The notes beneath the pieces were generated by a model, which saw only the letters and a program-made list of their open reading frames with translations, did no database searches and was not told the DNA's origin. Shown here piece after piece: positions 20,545 through 28,995 of a DNA stretch of 58,231 nucleotides. Numbering within the stretch: the stretch's first letter is position 1; each line of letters starts with the position of its first letter. The DNA lies in the IMG/VR virus record IMGVR_UViG_3300047545_000612, positions 1 to 58,231 of that record; one strand, written 5' to 3'. The position numbers were made by a program, and so were the translations under genes. The stretch is from a virus (Duplodnaviria; Caudoviricetes).

Positions 20545-21243
20545 TTATTGAATTGAATATCCTGCATCTTGGTAGAGTTTGTATGTTTTATAGAACTCTT
20601 CTTTAAGTCTATTGATAACTCTGGTAAGGGTAGGTGTTTCGCAATCTGTCATCTCTCTGATGTAAATATACAGGGCTTTCTTTTTGAAGATCTCTAAATC
20701 ATGTCTAGTCTTAAAAAGAGTTAAGATAGCATCTGCTACATGTTGGTCTTGTTCTTTAGGAAAATACTCGTAAATATTCTCATAACTAGATTCAACAAAA
20801 GCATCCACTACTTTTGCTAGAGCAATTTGTCTTGAGTTTTGCTTATCTAATCCTGTTTCGTATGAGTCTTCAATCTCTTCAAAAGATCCTACTTGTTTTA
20901 GTTTCTTATAATTACGATTGTTGTAATTAATAAGCCACCTCTTTACAATAGTCTGGAAGTAAGAAAATGCTTTTGCTCCGTTAGTTGAGTCAAATCTATG
21001 TAACTTCTCTTCGACTAACATACTTACTACGTCTAATTTTAAATCCTCTATACTATCTACATCAAGGTAGTAGAATTTAAAAGTATGTATAATATTCTCT
21101 GCTAACTTATAAAGAGGGAAATATATCTCTTTTTTAAAGATTTGATCTCTAAACACAGGGTCAGAGGAAGCGTTGTAAAGTACAATTGCATCCTCTGTTC
21201 CTTGTGTAAAATAGTAGTTGTCCTTATTAGGTGGTTTTGCCAT
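20545..21243 (-). CDS. phage sigma factor (gp55-like, late transcription)
   Basis: Sigma region-2-like KLHRFDS..GAKAFSYFQTIVKRWLINY; likely start MAKPP at 21243. Confidence 0.7.
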   Translation of the reverse strand: MAKPPNKDNYYFTQGTEDAIVLYNASSDPVFRDQIFKKEIYFPLYKLAENIIHTFKFYYLDVDSIEDLKLDVVSMLVEEKLHRFDSTNGAKAFSYFQTIVKRWLINYNNRNYKKLKQVGSFEEIEDSYETGLDKQNSRQIALAKVVDAFVESSYENIYEYFPKEQDQHVADAILTLFKTRHDLEIFKKKALYIYIREMTDCETPTLTRVINRLKEEFYKTYKLYQDAGYSIQ

Positions 21244-21517
21244 AATCGTCTGGGAGACGGAAAGCATTTATTGAGTCTTGAATCTCTTTCATGAAGTTAA
21301 AGAATACCCCTACTTCATCGTCTGACCTAAATGTGCCTTTCTCGTCTAATTGTTCTATATAAACTTTAGATTCTTGTATAAGGTACGAAACTTTTCTTAG
21401 GTAATCAACTTGGTATTCTATGATATCCTCCTGCTTCACTACTTTTCTATGAAGATTCCATATTACGTATATTGCTACTGCAAGTATACCTACTAAAATA
21501 AATGCTGCTACTTCCAT
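21227..21517 (-). CDS. membrane-anchored hypothetical protein
   Basis: N-terminal TM helix plus coiled coil. Confidence 0.6.
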   Translation of the reverse strand: MEVAAFILVGILAVAIYVIWNLHRKVVKQEDIIEYQVDYLRKVSYLIQESKVYIEQLDEKGTFRSDDEVGVFFNFMKEIQDSINAFRLPDDYGKTT

Positions 21518-21518
21518 T

Positions 21519-22256
21519 TTAAATATTTTTTACTAAACTCATTAATCCTTCTGAAGCATTAACCTTCTTACCTGTAGAAGAAACTGCTTTGTCTACTTTA
21601 GGAGTAGAAATTCCTTCTTGTGATTTCCATCTATCATACTCTATTTTAGATGCTAAGAAGTCTGCTTGGTGTAAAACATACACTATATTAGTTCTTAATT
21701 TAGAATCTGGATTAAATGTAATGTAATATGGTTTATTTACATCATCGTATAATCCATCATGTAACTTAATTGCTAGATATTCATTCTCATCCATTTGAAT
21801 TCCATTCTGCTGAAGAATAAAAAGTGAACGGTCTTGAATTAACATGAAGGAAAGATCTCTATTAGGAGTGTATAGTTCCCCTAACTTATCTTGTCTCCAT
21901 TTATCAGTTTGAGGTAAATAGTTAGGACGTCCTTGAAATCCTATCTTACCTAAATCATGGTTAAGGGCAGCAAAAACTAACTGCTCATCGGTAAAGTCAA
22001 TAGAAGCGCCCATAGTTTCCCAAAGCTCTTTAGTCTTTAAAGCACAATGAACTACTCTATTTACATGCTCAATATAACCTCCAGGAAAAGCATTATGGAA
22101 AGAAGCTTTACCCGAAGCAGGTGCAAGCACCATTTCTTCTGCTAAGGAGGTATAGAGAGACTTTAACGCCTCTTTACGCTCTCCGGTAATAAAAGTATCT
22201 ACGATTCGTAAATGCTTCTCCCAATTTGCTTGAATTTGTTCTGCCGAAAGATTCAT
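21519..22256 (-). CDS. HD-domain phosphohydrolase (YhaM-like)
   Basis: APAS...HNAFPGG..EH, HDLGK, IKLHDG and LHQAD motifs. Confidence 0.85.
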   Translation of the reverse strand: MNLSAEQIQANWEKHLRIVDTFITGERKEALKSLYTSLAEEMVLAPASGKASFHNAFPGGYIEHVNRVVHCALKTKELWETMGASIDFTDEQLVFAALNHDLGKIGFQGRPNYLPQTDKWRQDKLGELYTPNRDLSFMLIQDRSLFILQQNGIQMDENEYLAIKLHDGLYDDVNKPYYITFNPDSKLRTNIVYVLHQADFLASKIEYDRWKSQEGISTPKVDKAVSSTGKKVNASEGLMSLVKNI

Positions 22257-22429
22257 TAGTCTTGAGATTCGGTATTTAATAGAGTTCTAAGATCTCCGAT
22301 TTTTTCCAATAGCTCACCCACTTTAGTAAAAGCTTCATCTAATTCATTTCTATGAATAAGATACCCCATTTTCTTAACCTCTGCCTCAAATCTCTCTAAC
22401 TTCTGTTCAAATAAGTCTTTATTTCTCAT
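22256..22429 (-). CDS. small hypothetical protein (57 aa)
   Basis: Below ORF-track cutoff: MRNKDLFEQKLERFEAEVKKMGY...; stop overlaps HD gene start. Confidence 0.65.
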   Translation of the reverse strand: MRNKDLFEQKLERFEAEVKKMGYLIHRNELDEAFTKVGELLEKIGDLRTLLNTESQD

Positions 22430-22573
22430 AGGTATTCTTTTTTATTATATTAAATTATTTATGTTAAGTATTTTTTATTATTTAGTATTTTTAAGTATCT
22501 TTTAGTTCTTATTAAGTACCTATTAATTATTAATAATATTTAAGTTATGAAAAATAATTTAAAGAAGCAACTA

Positions 22574-23218
22574 TTAAGGCTCAAAAACTATTTTTAATTC
22601 CTTATTAACTGTTTCTTTATTTTCGCCATAGACAACGTCTATGTAAATTGTAGCTGATTTACCTATAAAATCTTTAAAGAAAGCCATAGATTGCTGAGGT
22701 TCATAGGTGTATTTACTATAAGTTGCGAAGTATGATTTTAAGACAGAAGGATTAGCGTACATATCTGTATGGGGCTGAATTATGTATCCTACTAGATTTA
22801 TAATGGAGGTTTGATCGGCTAGTTGAGGAAAGGTATATGTCTTAGTCCCTACTGCAATAGGTGTATTCATTTGATTACTTGCCCAAAGCCCTTGATAAGA
22901 GTAAATAGGGTAGGTCCAAGTCACATTACCTGGCACATAAAACATATTTGAATCAAATGCTGTCACCACTAGAGGTACGTTATTCACAACATACTTAGAG
23001 TTTAATTGTGAAACCCCTCCTTTTACAGTAAAATAATTTAGGTTCGCATGTTTTATATGCCAAACATCTTGACCATCTCTATACGTTCCAGGATGTCCTT
23101 TTGTATCAATCCAGAATTCAGCACTACAATCTCCAGTTAAACATACTCCTTGCTCGATAGCAGGTGCAGTACAGCTTAAAACAAATAGAGATAATCCTAA
23201 TAAGAATATTTTTTTCAT
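22574..23218 (-). CDS. lipoprotein
   Basis: MKKIFLLGLSLFVLSC lipobox; own promoter at ~23230-23271. Confidence 0.7.
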   Translation of the reverse strand: MKKIFLLGLSLFVLSCTAPAIEQGVCLTGDCSAEFWIDTKGHPGTYRDGQDVWHIKHANLNYFTVKGGVSQLNSKYVVNNVPLVVTAFDSNMFYVPGNVTWTYPIYSYQGLWASNQMNTPIAVGTKTYTFPQLADQTSIINLVGYIIQPHTDMYANPSVLKSYFATYSKYTYEPQQSMAFFKDFIGKSATIYIDVVYGENKETVNKELKIVFEP

Positions 23219-23335
23219 AACCTTTTTTTTGATTGTACCTAAAGATAAGCACTAAAGTGTAGGGAGGCAACTAATTCTTAATTTATTTTAGGAAGAATCG
23301 CCGCGCAAGATTTTTTATATATACTGTACCGTAAC

Positions 23336-23962
23336 TTAGTAAACAATAGGATTTCCCACTTGAAACAGTGACCCTACCTCTCGTAACTTATCAAAAGCAG
23401 TTAAAGGATCGAGAGTAAAGAACTCTCTTGAATGTCCTTCAGAGGAATTCACCCTTACCTTCCCGTAAATCTTATGCATGGTATTCTCTACCATAAAAGC
23501 AGTACCATTCCTTACAGGAAGTGCAAACTTAGGAATCCATTCGTCAACCGTACCAGAGGTGTTTATCCCCTTGGCTCTTGAAAGAACTTCCTTTACGGTA
23601 GCACCAATCTTAATCAGGTCAGGATAACCGGGATTTACCATTATATAAACATACTCGATATCATCCGGTGTTTTATCCTTTACTTTTGTATTCTCAATAC
23701 CATGGAAGTACCTCCAGGTACAGGTCGTATCATCTTCCCAGCCTTCGAAAGACTCTATAAGGTAAGAGGCAGAGTAATGGGAGAGGATCTTATCTGGAGA
23801 TATATGACGGGCTTTGGTTCGTAGTTCATGGAAGTTATCCTTCCATTGTTGTCCATTCTCTTTATGAGGTTCAAGAGACTTGGGTGAACCATCCACGATG
23901 GTGATTAATCCTTTAGACTCTAATTCAACTGCGGTACGTAAACTTATTTTGTCTTGGTACAT
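23336..23962 (-). CDS. T5orf172 (GIY-YIG superfamily) domain protein
   Basis: YVYIMVNPGYPDLIKIGAT...E..MH...REFF. Confidence 0.8.
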   Translation of the reverse strand: MYQDKISLRTAVELESKGLITIVDGSPKSLEPHKENGQQWKDNFHELRTKARHISPDKILSHYSASYLIESFEGWEDDTTCTWRYFHGIENTKVKDKTPDDIEYVYIMVNPGYPDLIKIGATVKEVLSRAKGINTSGTVDEWIPKFALPVRNGTAFMVENTMHKIYGKVRVNSSEGHSREFFTLDPLTAFDKLREVGSLFQVGNPIVY

Positions 23963-24150
23963 AATTCTTTAATTAAAAATTCAACAAACATCTTTCCTAA
24001 TAAAACCCAAAGCCATGGCCAACCGAAAATGGTAAGTGTCATTTCTCGAGGATTTACACTAGATACTTCTTCAACCTCTTCAACAACGTATATAAGAGGA
24101 AGTGCAAGGATAAGTCCTATCCCTACATAATACAGTACAAAAACTAACAT
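23944..24150 (-). CDS. small membrane protein
   Basis: Two hydrophobic segments, GWP motif. Confidence 0.6.
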   Translation of the reverse strand: MLVFVLYYVGIGLILALPLIYVVEEVEEVSSVNPREMTLTIFGWPWLWVLLGKMFVEFLIKELCTKTK

Positions 24151-24152
24151 GA

Positions 24153-24350
24153 TTAGTCTTGATCTTCGTCTTTAATGAAAAGAAATGCATAGATCCAAAT
24201 ACCAATAACCACAGGCCAGAAAAGTACCGAGGCTATTAGTTCAAAAGTAGTAAGAGGTTCTATCCCTTGGGGATTTGATTTGATTGCAGTATCGAAATAG
24301 ATAGTGACAAGTACCCCCACTATTCCATAAAGTAAAATGTAATTTTCCAT
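24153..24350 (-). CDS. small membrane protein
   Basis: Two TM segments, FWP motif; paralog-like to neighbour. Confidence 0.6.
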   Translation of the reverse strand: MENYILLYGIVGVLVTIYFDTAIKSNPQGIEPLTTFELIASVLFWPVVIGIWIYAFLFIKDEDQD

Positions 24351-24391
24351 AACCTTTTTATTTTTAATATTATATACCTAAATATATAGAC

Positions 24392-24823
24392 TTATCTCTC
24401 TTCTACCAACTTATTTAGTGAAAAAAGGTCTAAATATTTTTTTAATAGAGAACACTCCTCGTAATACTCCACAGATAGAAAGAATTCTGTCATTTCTGAA
24501 AATGCATATTCTATGGCCTGAATTCCAAACTCATCTTCAATCATAGAAAGTGTATCTAACTGTATCTCACCTATTCTCTCAAGGTATTTCATCAATCCCT
24601 TAAAGTAGGTTAGCTTTATATTTTCCCTTTGGGAGTCATACTCCTCTCCGTATTTCTTTTTATATAACTGATCTATGATGTAATAATTTTCAACACCCTT
24701 CACCACCGTTCCCAATAATACGAATGAGTTATCTAACATATGCTCCACACCATGCTCTTTATATACCTCCTCATCTCCGGCTTGGAAGACATCAAAAAGG
24801 GTTTTAGTATCAAGTCTTTTCAT
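24392..24823 (-). CDS. hypothetical protein with UVR-like C-terminal motif
   Basis: EYYEECSLLKK; late motif upstream at 24839. Confidence 0.6.
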   Translation of the reverse strand: MKRLDTKTLFDVFQAGDEEVYKEHGVEHMLDNSFVLLGTVVKGVENYYIIDQLYKKKYGEEYDSQRENIKLTYFKGLMKYLERIGEIQLDTLSMIEDEFGIQAIEYAFSEMTEFFLSVEYYEECSLLKKYLDLFSLNKLVEER

Positions 24824-24894
24824 GTTATTTCTTTTTTATATAAATATATATTTCTTATATACTTAAAAATTGTCCGGAAAAATTCCCGGGGTTA

Positions 24895-24930
24895 GTTGCT
24901 TTTCTGGGTGAAAGGTTTTATATTAAATAT
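24895..24930 (+). promoter_or_regulatory. Bacteroidota-type promoter, antisense orientation
   Basis: GTTGC(24895)-N19-TATATTAA(24919): same geometry as the early promoter repeat. Confidence 0.5.
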
Positions 24931-24939
24931 AAGAAATAA

Positions 24940-25297
24940 AAGTTCATAGGACAATATAAGAGGTAGGTTAGGGGTATAGGTGGTAACTCGTGCTTGAAGA
25001 AAAGCAGCTGAAGAGGAAAATGACTGATACCTGGAAGAGATTGAGGAAACCTCCTTACTTGTAATATAGTGAGGGTAGTGGTCTAGGTGCTCATCTAACG
25101 AAATCATTCCACATAGAGAGGGGAGGACACCTGAGAGTGTAATTTAAAGGAAGTGGCCGGAGTCCGGTGCATTCTGAAAGGAATGGAGTATTTTAAAACA
25201 AACACTTTCTAACAACATCCAATTTCTAGACTGTTTAGTATATAAATATATACCCCCATACCTCAATTTTCATCAGAAATATGCAACTCTATGAGGC
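24940..25297 (+). ncRNA. candidate ~350-nt structured ncRNA
   Basis: No credible ORF; long-range stems GAGGTA/TACCTC and GGGGTATA/TATACCCC; internal stems with G-U pairs on the + strand. Confidence 0.45.
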
Positions 25298-25386
25298 TCG
25301 AGAACCCGACAGCGAACCCGAGTGAGGGAAATTAACTATCAAACTTCTCTCCTCTTGACCTCACCTTGACGTCACCTCTCTTAGGC

Positions 25387-25411
25387 AAAAAAAAAAAGAG
25401 GCCTAAGCCTC
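25387..25411 (-). terminator. intrinsic terminator ending the early block
   Basis: GAGGC-TTAG-GCCTC followed by a long T run on the minus strand. Confidence 0.8.
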
Positions 25412-25666
25412 CTCTTTAAATTCTACTAAGTCCTCAAACCTATACTTTATTTTAACCTTCTTATTCATTATAAAAGCAAATCCTTCGAAGCCTTTTGTAC
25501 CTACCTTGTTTACATTGCAATGATGTCCTTTAAAGACTACTCTCTCATCTAGAGAAGATCTAGACTCTTTCATTATACAATCGTTGTAGTAATAAGTCTC
25601 AGCTCCTTTATAAGTTATTCCTTTTACTCTAAATGATGTTCCGTTTAAAAATTGTTCTTTTGTCAT
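25403..25666 (-). CDS. early hypothetical protein
   Basis: 87 aa behind promoter repeat. Confidence 0.7.
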   Translation of the reverse strand: MTKEQFLNGTSFRVKGITYKGAETYYYNDCIMKESRSSLDERVVFKGHHCNVNKVGTKGFEGFAFIMNKKVKIKYRFEDLVEFKEEA

Positions 25667-25733
25667 GATGTATCTTGTTTTAATTATTGATACCTAAATA
25701 TAAGAACTCTTTCTGGGACTAGCAACTCTTTGG

Positions 25734-25940
25734 TTAATTATTTTCCTCTACAATCTCCTTAACATCTTCCATTGCCATCTTGTAGCCATAATTGATTGCC
25801 ATCTGCATCAAAAGGATATCCATTGACCCTTGATTGGCTTTAGCGAATGCTTCTAACTCATGTCTTGTATTAGGAGTTGAAACAATTCCTCTTGATAACT
25901 CATTGAACCTTCCTGCGATAAACTCTTGTAACTTTTTCAT
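25734..25940 (-). CDS. early hypothetical protein
   Basis: 68 aa behind promoter repeat. Confidence 0.7.
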   Translation of the reverse strand: MKKLQEFIAGRFNELSRGIVSTPNTRHELEAFAKANQGSMDILLMQMAINYGYKMAMEDVKEIVEENN

Positions 25941-26006
25941 AACACTTGTTGTTTTAATTATTTGATTGATTAATTTTGATACCTAAAGATAAGAACTAAT
26001 ATCGTA

Positions 26007-26228
26007 TTAGGCAACTATTTTTAAACTATTTTTATCTACTGAGATTAGTCCTCCTCCTTTTACTCTTAGTATAGCTTCATCGTTCTCCTCATAGAACTCT
26101 AGTAGAACTCCTAGTACTGTCTTTCCAAAGAACTTATCTGTCCCTTTATAAACCATACCTACCATAGGAGAGAATGTCTTAGACACATCCTTTCCTTTTA
26201 CTTTCCAGCTCTTGTATATGTCTGTCAT
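26007..26228 (-). CDS. early hypothetical protein
   Basis: 73 aa, SH3-like beta composition. Confidence 0.65.
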   Translation of the reverse strand: MTDIYKSWKVKGKDVSKTFSPMVGMVYKGTDKFFGKTVLGVLLEFYEENDEAILRVKGGGLISVDKNSLKIVA

Positions 26229-26229
26229 C

Positions 26230-26355
26230 TTAGTTTAAAGATAGATTCATTGCTGCCATTCTTATTACCAACTCCTGTGAGTCAAATGATTGAAAAGAAA
26301 TTACTCCTAAGTCTACTTCAAAGTATTCTACCGATGGTGTTACTATTTTTTCCAT
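26230..26355 (-). CDS. small early protein (41 aa)
   Basis: MEKIVTPSVEYFEVDLGVISFQSFDSQELVIRMAAMNLSLN, directly behind a promoter repeat. Confidence 0.6.
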   Translation of the reverse strand: MEKIVTPSVEYFEVDLGVISFQSFDSQELVIRMAAMNLSLN

Positions 26356-26438
26356 AACCTTTATATGTTTTAATTATTGATACCTAAAGATAAGAATAAA
26401 GATCCTATTTTCAAACTATTTCATCGAATCTTTCTAAT

Positions 26439-26627
26439 TTAATCTAATTTATCTGCTAGAAAGTCTTCGAATCTAGACATAAAAATTAAATCGTTATCAC
26501 TATAGAATTCTTTTAATAGAACTTCTTCTATAAATTCTTTAACGAATTGCTGAACTTCTTTTCTAGTAATTCCTCCGTCAGTAAAATACTCTACGAAATT
26601 CTCATCAACTTCAAATGTAATTTTCAT
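26439..26627 (-). CDS. early acidic hypothetical protein
   Basis: 62 aa behind promoter repeat. Confidence 0.7.
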   Translation of the reverse strand: MKITFEVDENFVEYFTDGGITRKEVQQFVKEFIEEVLLKEFYSDNDLIFMSRFEDFLADKLD

Positions 26628-26709
26628 AATATATATGTTTTAATTATTGATACCTAAAGATAAGAACTAACTATGTAACTAGCAACTATTATACAAACTA
26701 TTTTAACCC

Positions 26710-26732
26710 AAAAAGGCCCCTAAAAGGAGCCT
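26710..26732 (-). terminator. intrinsic terminator
   Basis: AGGCTCC-TTTTA-GGGGCCTTTTT on the minus strand. Confidence 0.7.
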
Positions 26733-26756
26733 CTTCTTCGATCAAATAATTAAAAA

Positions 26757-27536
26757 CTAAACCAACTCTAAAGTTGATTCAATATTGTCTATATGTGCTA
26801 AGACTTGATCTGTGATCTTAGCTACATCTACATTTTCTTCTCTTGAAACAGAACTTTCGTTATACGCATAAGTAAAGACTACTGTTGCTCTCTTTCCTGA
26901 TTTAGATACATCTTCTAATTTAATAGATTTAACTCTAGCTGAATAATTAAATTTTAACTGGATATTAGCAGCTTTTTGAAATCGAACACCTTCACCCATT
27001 AAGTCCTCTCTCATCTTCTCTCTCTTTAACTCTCTGATTTGAGATGCATATGTATCAATCTCTCTTCTTAACTCAGTCATTTGTGAGTATATCTCTGTCT
27101 TCTCATTCAAGAAAGACTTTGCTACTGCATTTATTTTTTCTAATATCTCATTTTGAGAGTATAGAATAATTTCAGCTGCCTCACCTAACATTCTCAATCT
27201 CATCAACTCCCAACTATCCATTCCTTTTGTTTGAGTAGTGTAGTAAGATAGATTTAATCCCTTATAAGCTATCTCTTTTTCATTCCAGCTTTCATCTAAG
27301 TAGATAGTAAATAATTCTTTATTGTAAGTATATTCTGGATGAGGCATAGAGAAGTAAACTCCTCCTCTTTTGATATCGACTACTACTTCCTCTCTGAAAT
27401 TCTTAAAGTAAGGAACTAATACCTCAACTAACTTTGCCTGCTCTCTTCTACCGATATCGCTTATTTTATCCTCTAAGCTATCTCTTTTTTCTAATACTAA
27501 TGCCTTTTTGTCTTCTAAAATTTGAACTCTTGTCAT
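26757..27536 (-). CDS. early coiled-coil hypothetical protein
   Basis: 259 aa behind promoter repeat. Confidence 0.75.
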   Translation of the reverse strand: MTRVQILEDKKALVLEKRDSLEDKISDIGRREQAKLVEVLVPYFKNFREEVVVDIKRGGVYFSMPHPEYTYNKELFTIYLDESWNEKEIAYKGLNLSYYTTQTKGMDSWELMRLRMLGEAAEIILYSQNEILEKINAVAKSFLNEKTEIYSQMTELRREIDTYASQIRELKREKMREDLMGEGVRFQKAANIQLKFNYSARVKSIKLEDVSKSGKRATVVFTYAYNESSVSREENVDVAKITDQVLAHIDNIESTLELV

Positions 27537-27624
27537 GATGTTATATGTTTTAATTATTGATACCTAAAGATATGAACTAACTAGACAACTAGCAACTATT
27601 TTAACAATTATTTTCAATTTAATT

Positions 27625-27685
27625 TGTGGAGAGGGAAGAATCGAACTTCCTGTGTTGGCTTCGCCCACTTCAACCAGACCTCTCC
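27625..27685 (-). ncRNA. mini tRNA-like RNA (acceptor + T arm, no D stem or anticodon loop; tmRNA-TLD-like)
   Basis: GGAGAGG TCTGGTTGAA GTG-GGC-GAA-GCC-AA-CAC A GGAAG TTCGATT CTTCC CTCTCC ACA. Confidence 0.6.
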
Positions 27686-27767
27686 TGGACCTGCAGATCC
27701 AATGGTTTGATGTCTTTCCATCAGTCAACATTGTGCAATTAAAGGGGCACGTTGCTCGTAACCTTTG

Positions 27768-27870
27768 ATGTTGTGACAGGACTCGAACCTGTATGGTAAG
27801 TTGTGGACTTCGTTATCCTTTAGGGCCTAACTTACTCACCACCTGCGTCTACCAATTCCGCCACACAACA
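27768..27870 (-). tRNA. tRNA-like RNA with expanded, non-canonical anticodon arm (no assignable anticodon)
   Basis: 7-bp acceptor TGTTGTG/CACAACA, Leu-type D arm TGGCGGAATTGGTAGACGC, T arm ACAGG-TTCGAGT-CCTGT; 52 nt between the D and T arms. Confidence 0.65.
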
Positions 27871-27877
27871 AACTATT

Positions 27878-28069
27878 CTAGCGAATATTTTCTCTTTGAT
27901 CTACATCCTTAATAGTTGTAACAACAACCCCTCTGGCAATAGTTCTCAAGTATTCTACAATCTCTGCTACTTCAAATCCTTCAGCATATAAATCTAAAGT
28001 CATTACAGTAACAGTCTTTTTGAAGTCTTCCAATAGATTTAGATTAACCAATCCGTCAATTCTTTCCAT
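27878..28069 (-). CDS. early hypothetical protein
   Basis: 63 aa behind promoter repeat; upstream of the tRNA-like cluster. Confidence 0.7.
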   Translation of the reverse strand: MERIDGLVNLNLLEDFKKTVTVMTLDLYAEGFEVAEIVEYLRTIARGVVVTTIKDVDQRENIR

Positions 28070-28116
28070 GATTATATTGTTTTAATTATTGATACCTAAA
28101 GATAAGAAATACCTCT

Positions 28117-28323
28117 CTATCTACCAACTATTAATTGAAAATTCTCACATAATTGATCTTCTGTAAATTCAATCTCCATTCCTGGATTAAAAGATGTTAC
28201 ACTTGCTTCAAACACCATTTCACCTATACCTGACCCTTCTGATAGTTTAAATCTTTCTCCTTTCATAATTGGAAAAGAACCACCATCTAATCTAAAACCT
28301 TTAATACATTCGATTGTTAACAT
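28117..28323 (-). CDS. early hypothetical protein
   Basis: 68 aa behind promoter repeat. Confidence 0.7.
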   Translation of the reverse strand: MLTIECIKGFRLDGGSFPIMKGERFKLSEGSGIGEMVFEASVTSFNPGMEIEFTEDQLCENFQLIVGR

Positions 28324-28391
28324 AGTCTTTATTGTTTTAATTATTGATACCTAAATGTATGAATTAATTTAATACGAAACAACTTTTTCTA

Positions 28392-28553
28392 CTAAAAAAG
28401 TAAAAAATAGTTTAATACAATAAACCAAGTAACTACTATAAAGATAAAGGTAGGTAAAGAGATAGGAGTATCTGGTCTTAAATCTTTTATAGAATAGATT
28501 TTATTTACACCCCAAATCAAAAAGAATTTAATGTTAGTGAAGAATTTTTTCAT
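28392..28553 (-). CDS. small early membrane protein (53 aa)
   Basis: MKKFFTNIKFFLIWG...PTFIFIVVTWFIVLNYFLLF behind promoter repeat. Confidence 0.55.
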   Translation of the reverse strand: MKKFFTNIKFFLIWGVNKIYSIKDLRPDTPISLPTFIFIVVTWFIVLNYFLLF

Positions 28554-28621
28554 GATGATATATTGTTTTAATTATTGATACCTAAAGATAAGAAAAAGGC
28601 CCCGAAGGGCCAACTCTTTTA

Positions 28622-28918
28622 TTAAATACTTTTCAATATTTCTTCCTTAGCAGTTATGCTTGTTGATTTTTCAATCGATCCAATATGCCATTCAATTGCT
28701 GAATCCAAATCCAATTTACGATATTCCTTCCAATCATAAATTGTAAATACATCCTCATTGTCAGTTTCCATATCCCATTCAAAGTTTGTTTTATCTTCCC
28801 CTGTGTTATCCTCCATGCTCGGTTGTCCGAAAGCTTGAATTAATTGATTAACAGTTGCTTTGAATGTTACATAATGAAATGAAGTGTTGTTTGTGCTACG
28901 TGCAGTTACTTTTGCCAT
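28622..28918 (-). CDS. early conserved phage hypothetical protein
   Basis: FGQP...DKTNFEW...FTIYDWK...WHIG, a motif I recognise from phage proteins. Confidence 0.7.
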   Translation of the reverse strand: MAKVTARSTNNTSFHYVTFKATVNQLIQAFGQPSMEDNTGEDKTNFEWDMETDNEDVFTIYDWKEYRKLDLDSAIEWHIGSIEKSTSITAKEEILKSI

Positions 28919-28995
28919 GATTTATATGTTTTAATTATTGATACCTAAAGATATAAAAAAAGGGCCGAATAAACAACCCTTTTAACAACTTTTTT

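Noticed and set aside
24892-25107. 71-aa minus-strand ORF
   Set aside because: Atypical composition and strand bias, and it overlaps a candidate structured RNA; probably spurious, though a late motif at 25241 means it cannot be fully excluded.
24940-25297. tmRNA, RNase P RNA or hammerhead ribozyme identity for the long RNA
   Set aside because: No T arm or G3:U70 before ...CCCCCA; no GAGGAAAGUCC P4 pair; CUGAAGA...GAAA lacks a pairable stem II.
27625-27870. Permuted two-piece tmRNA
   Set aside because: Each element closes its own acceptor stem, the two are not cross-complementary, and no tag reading frame is evident.
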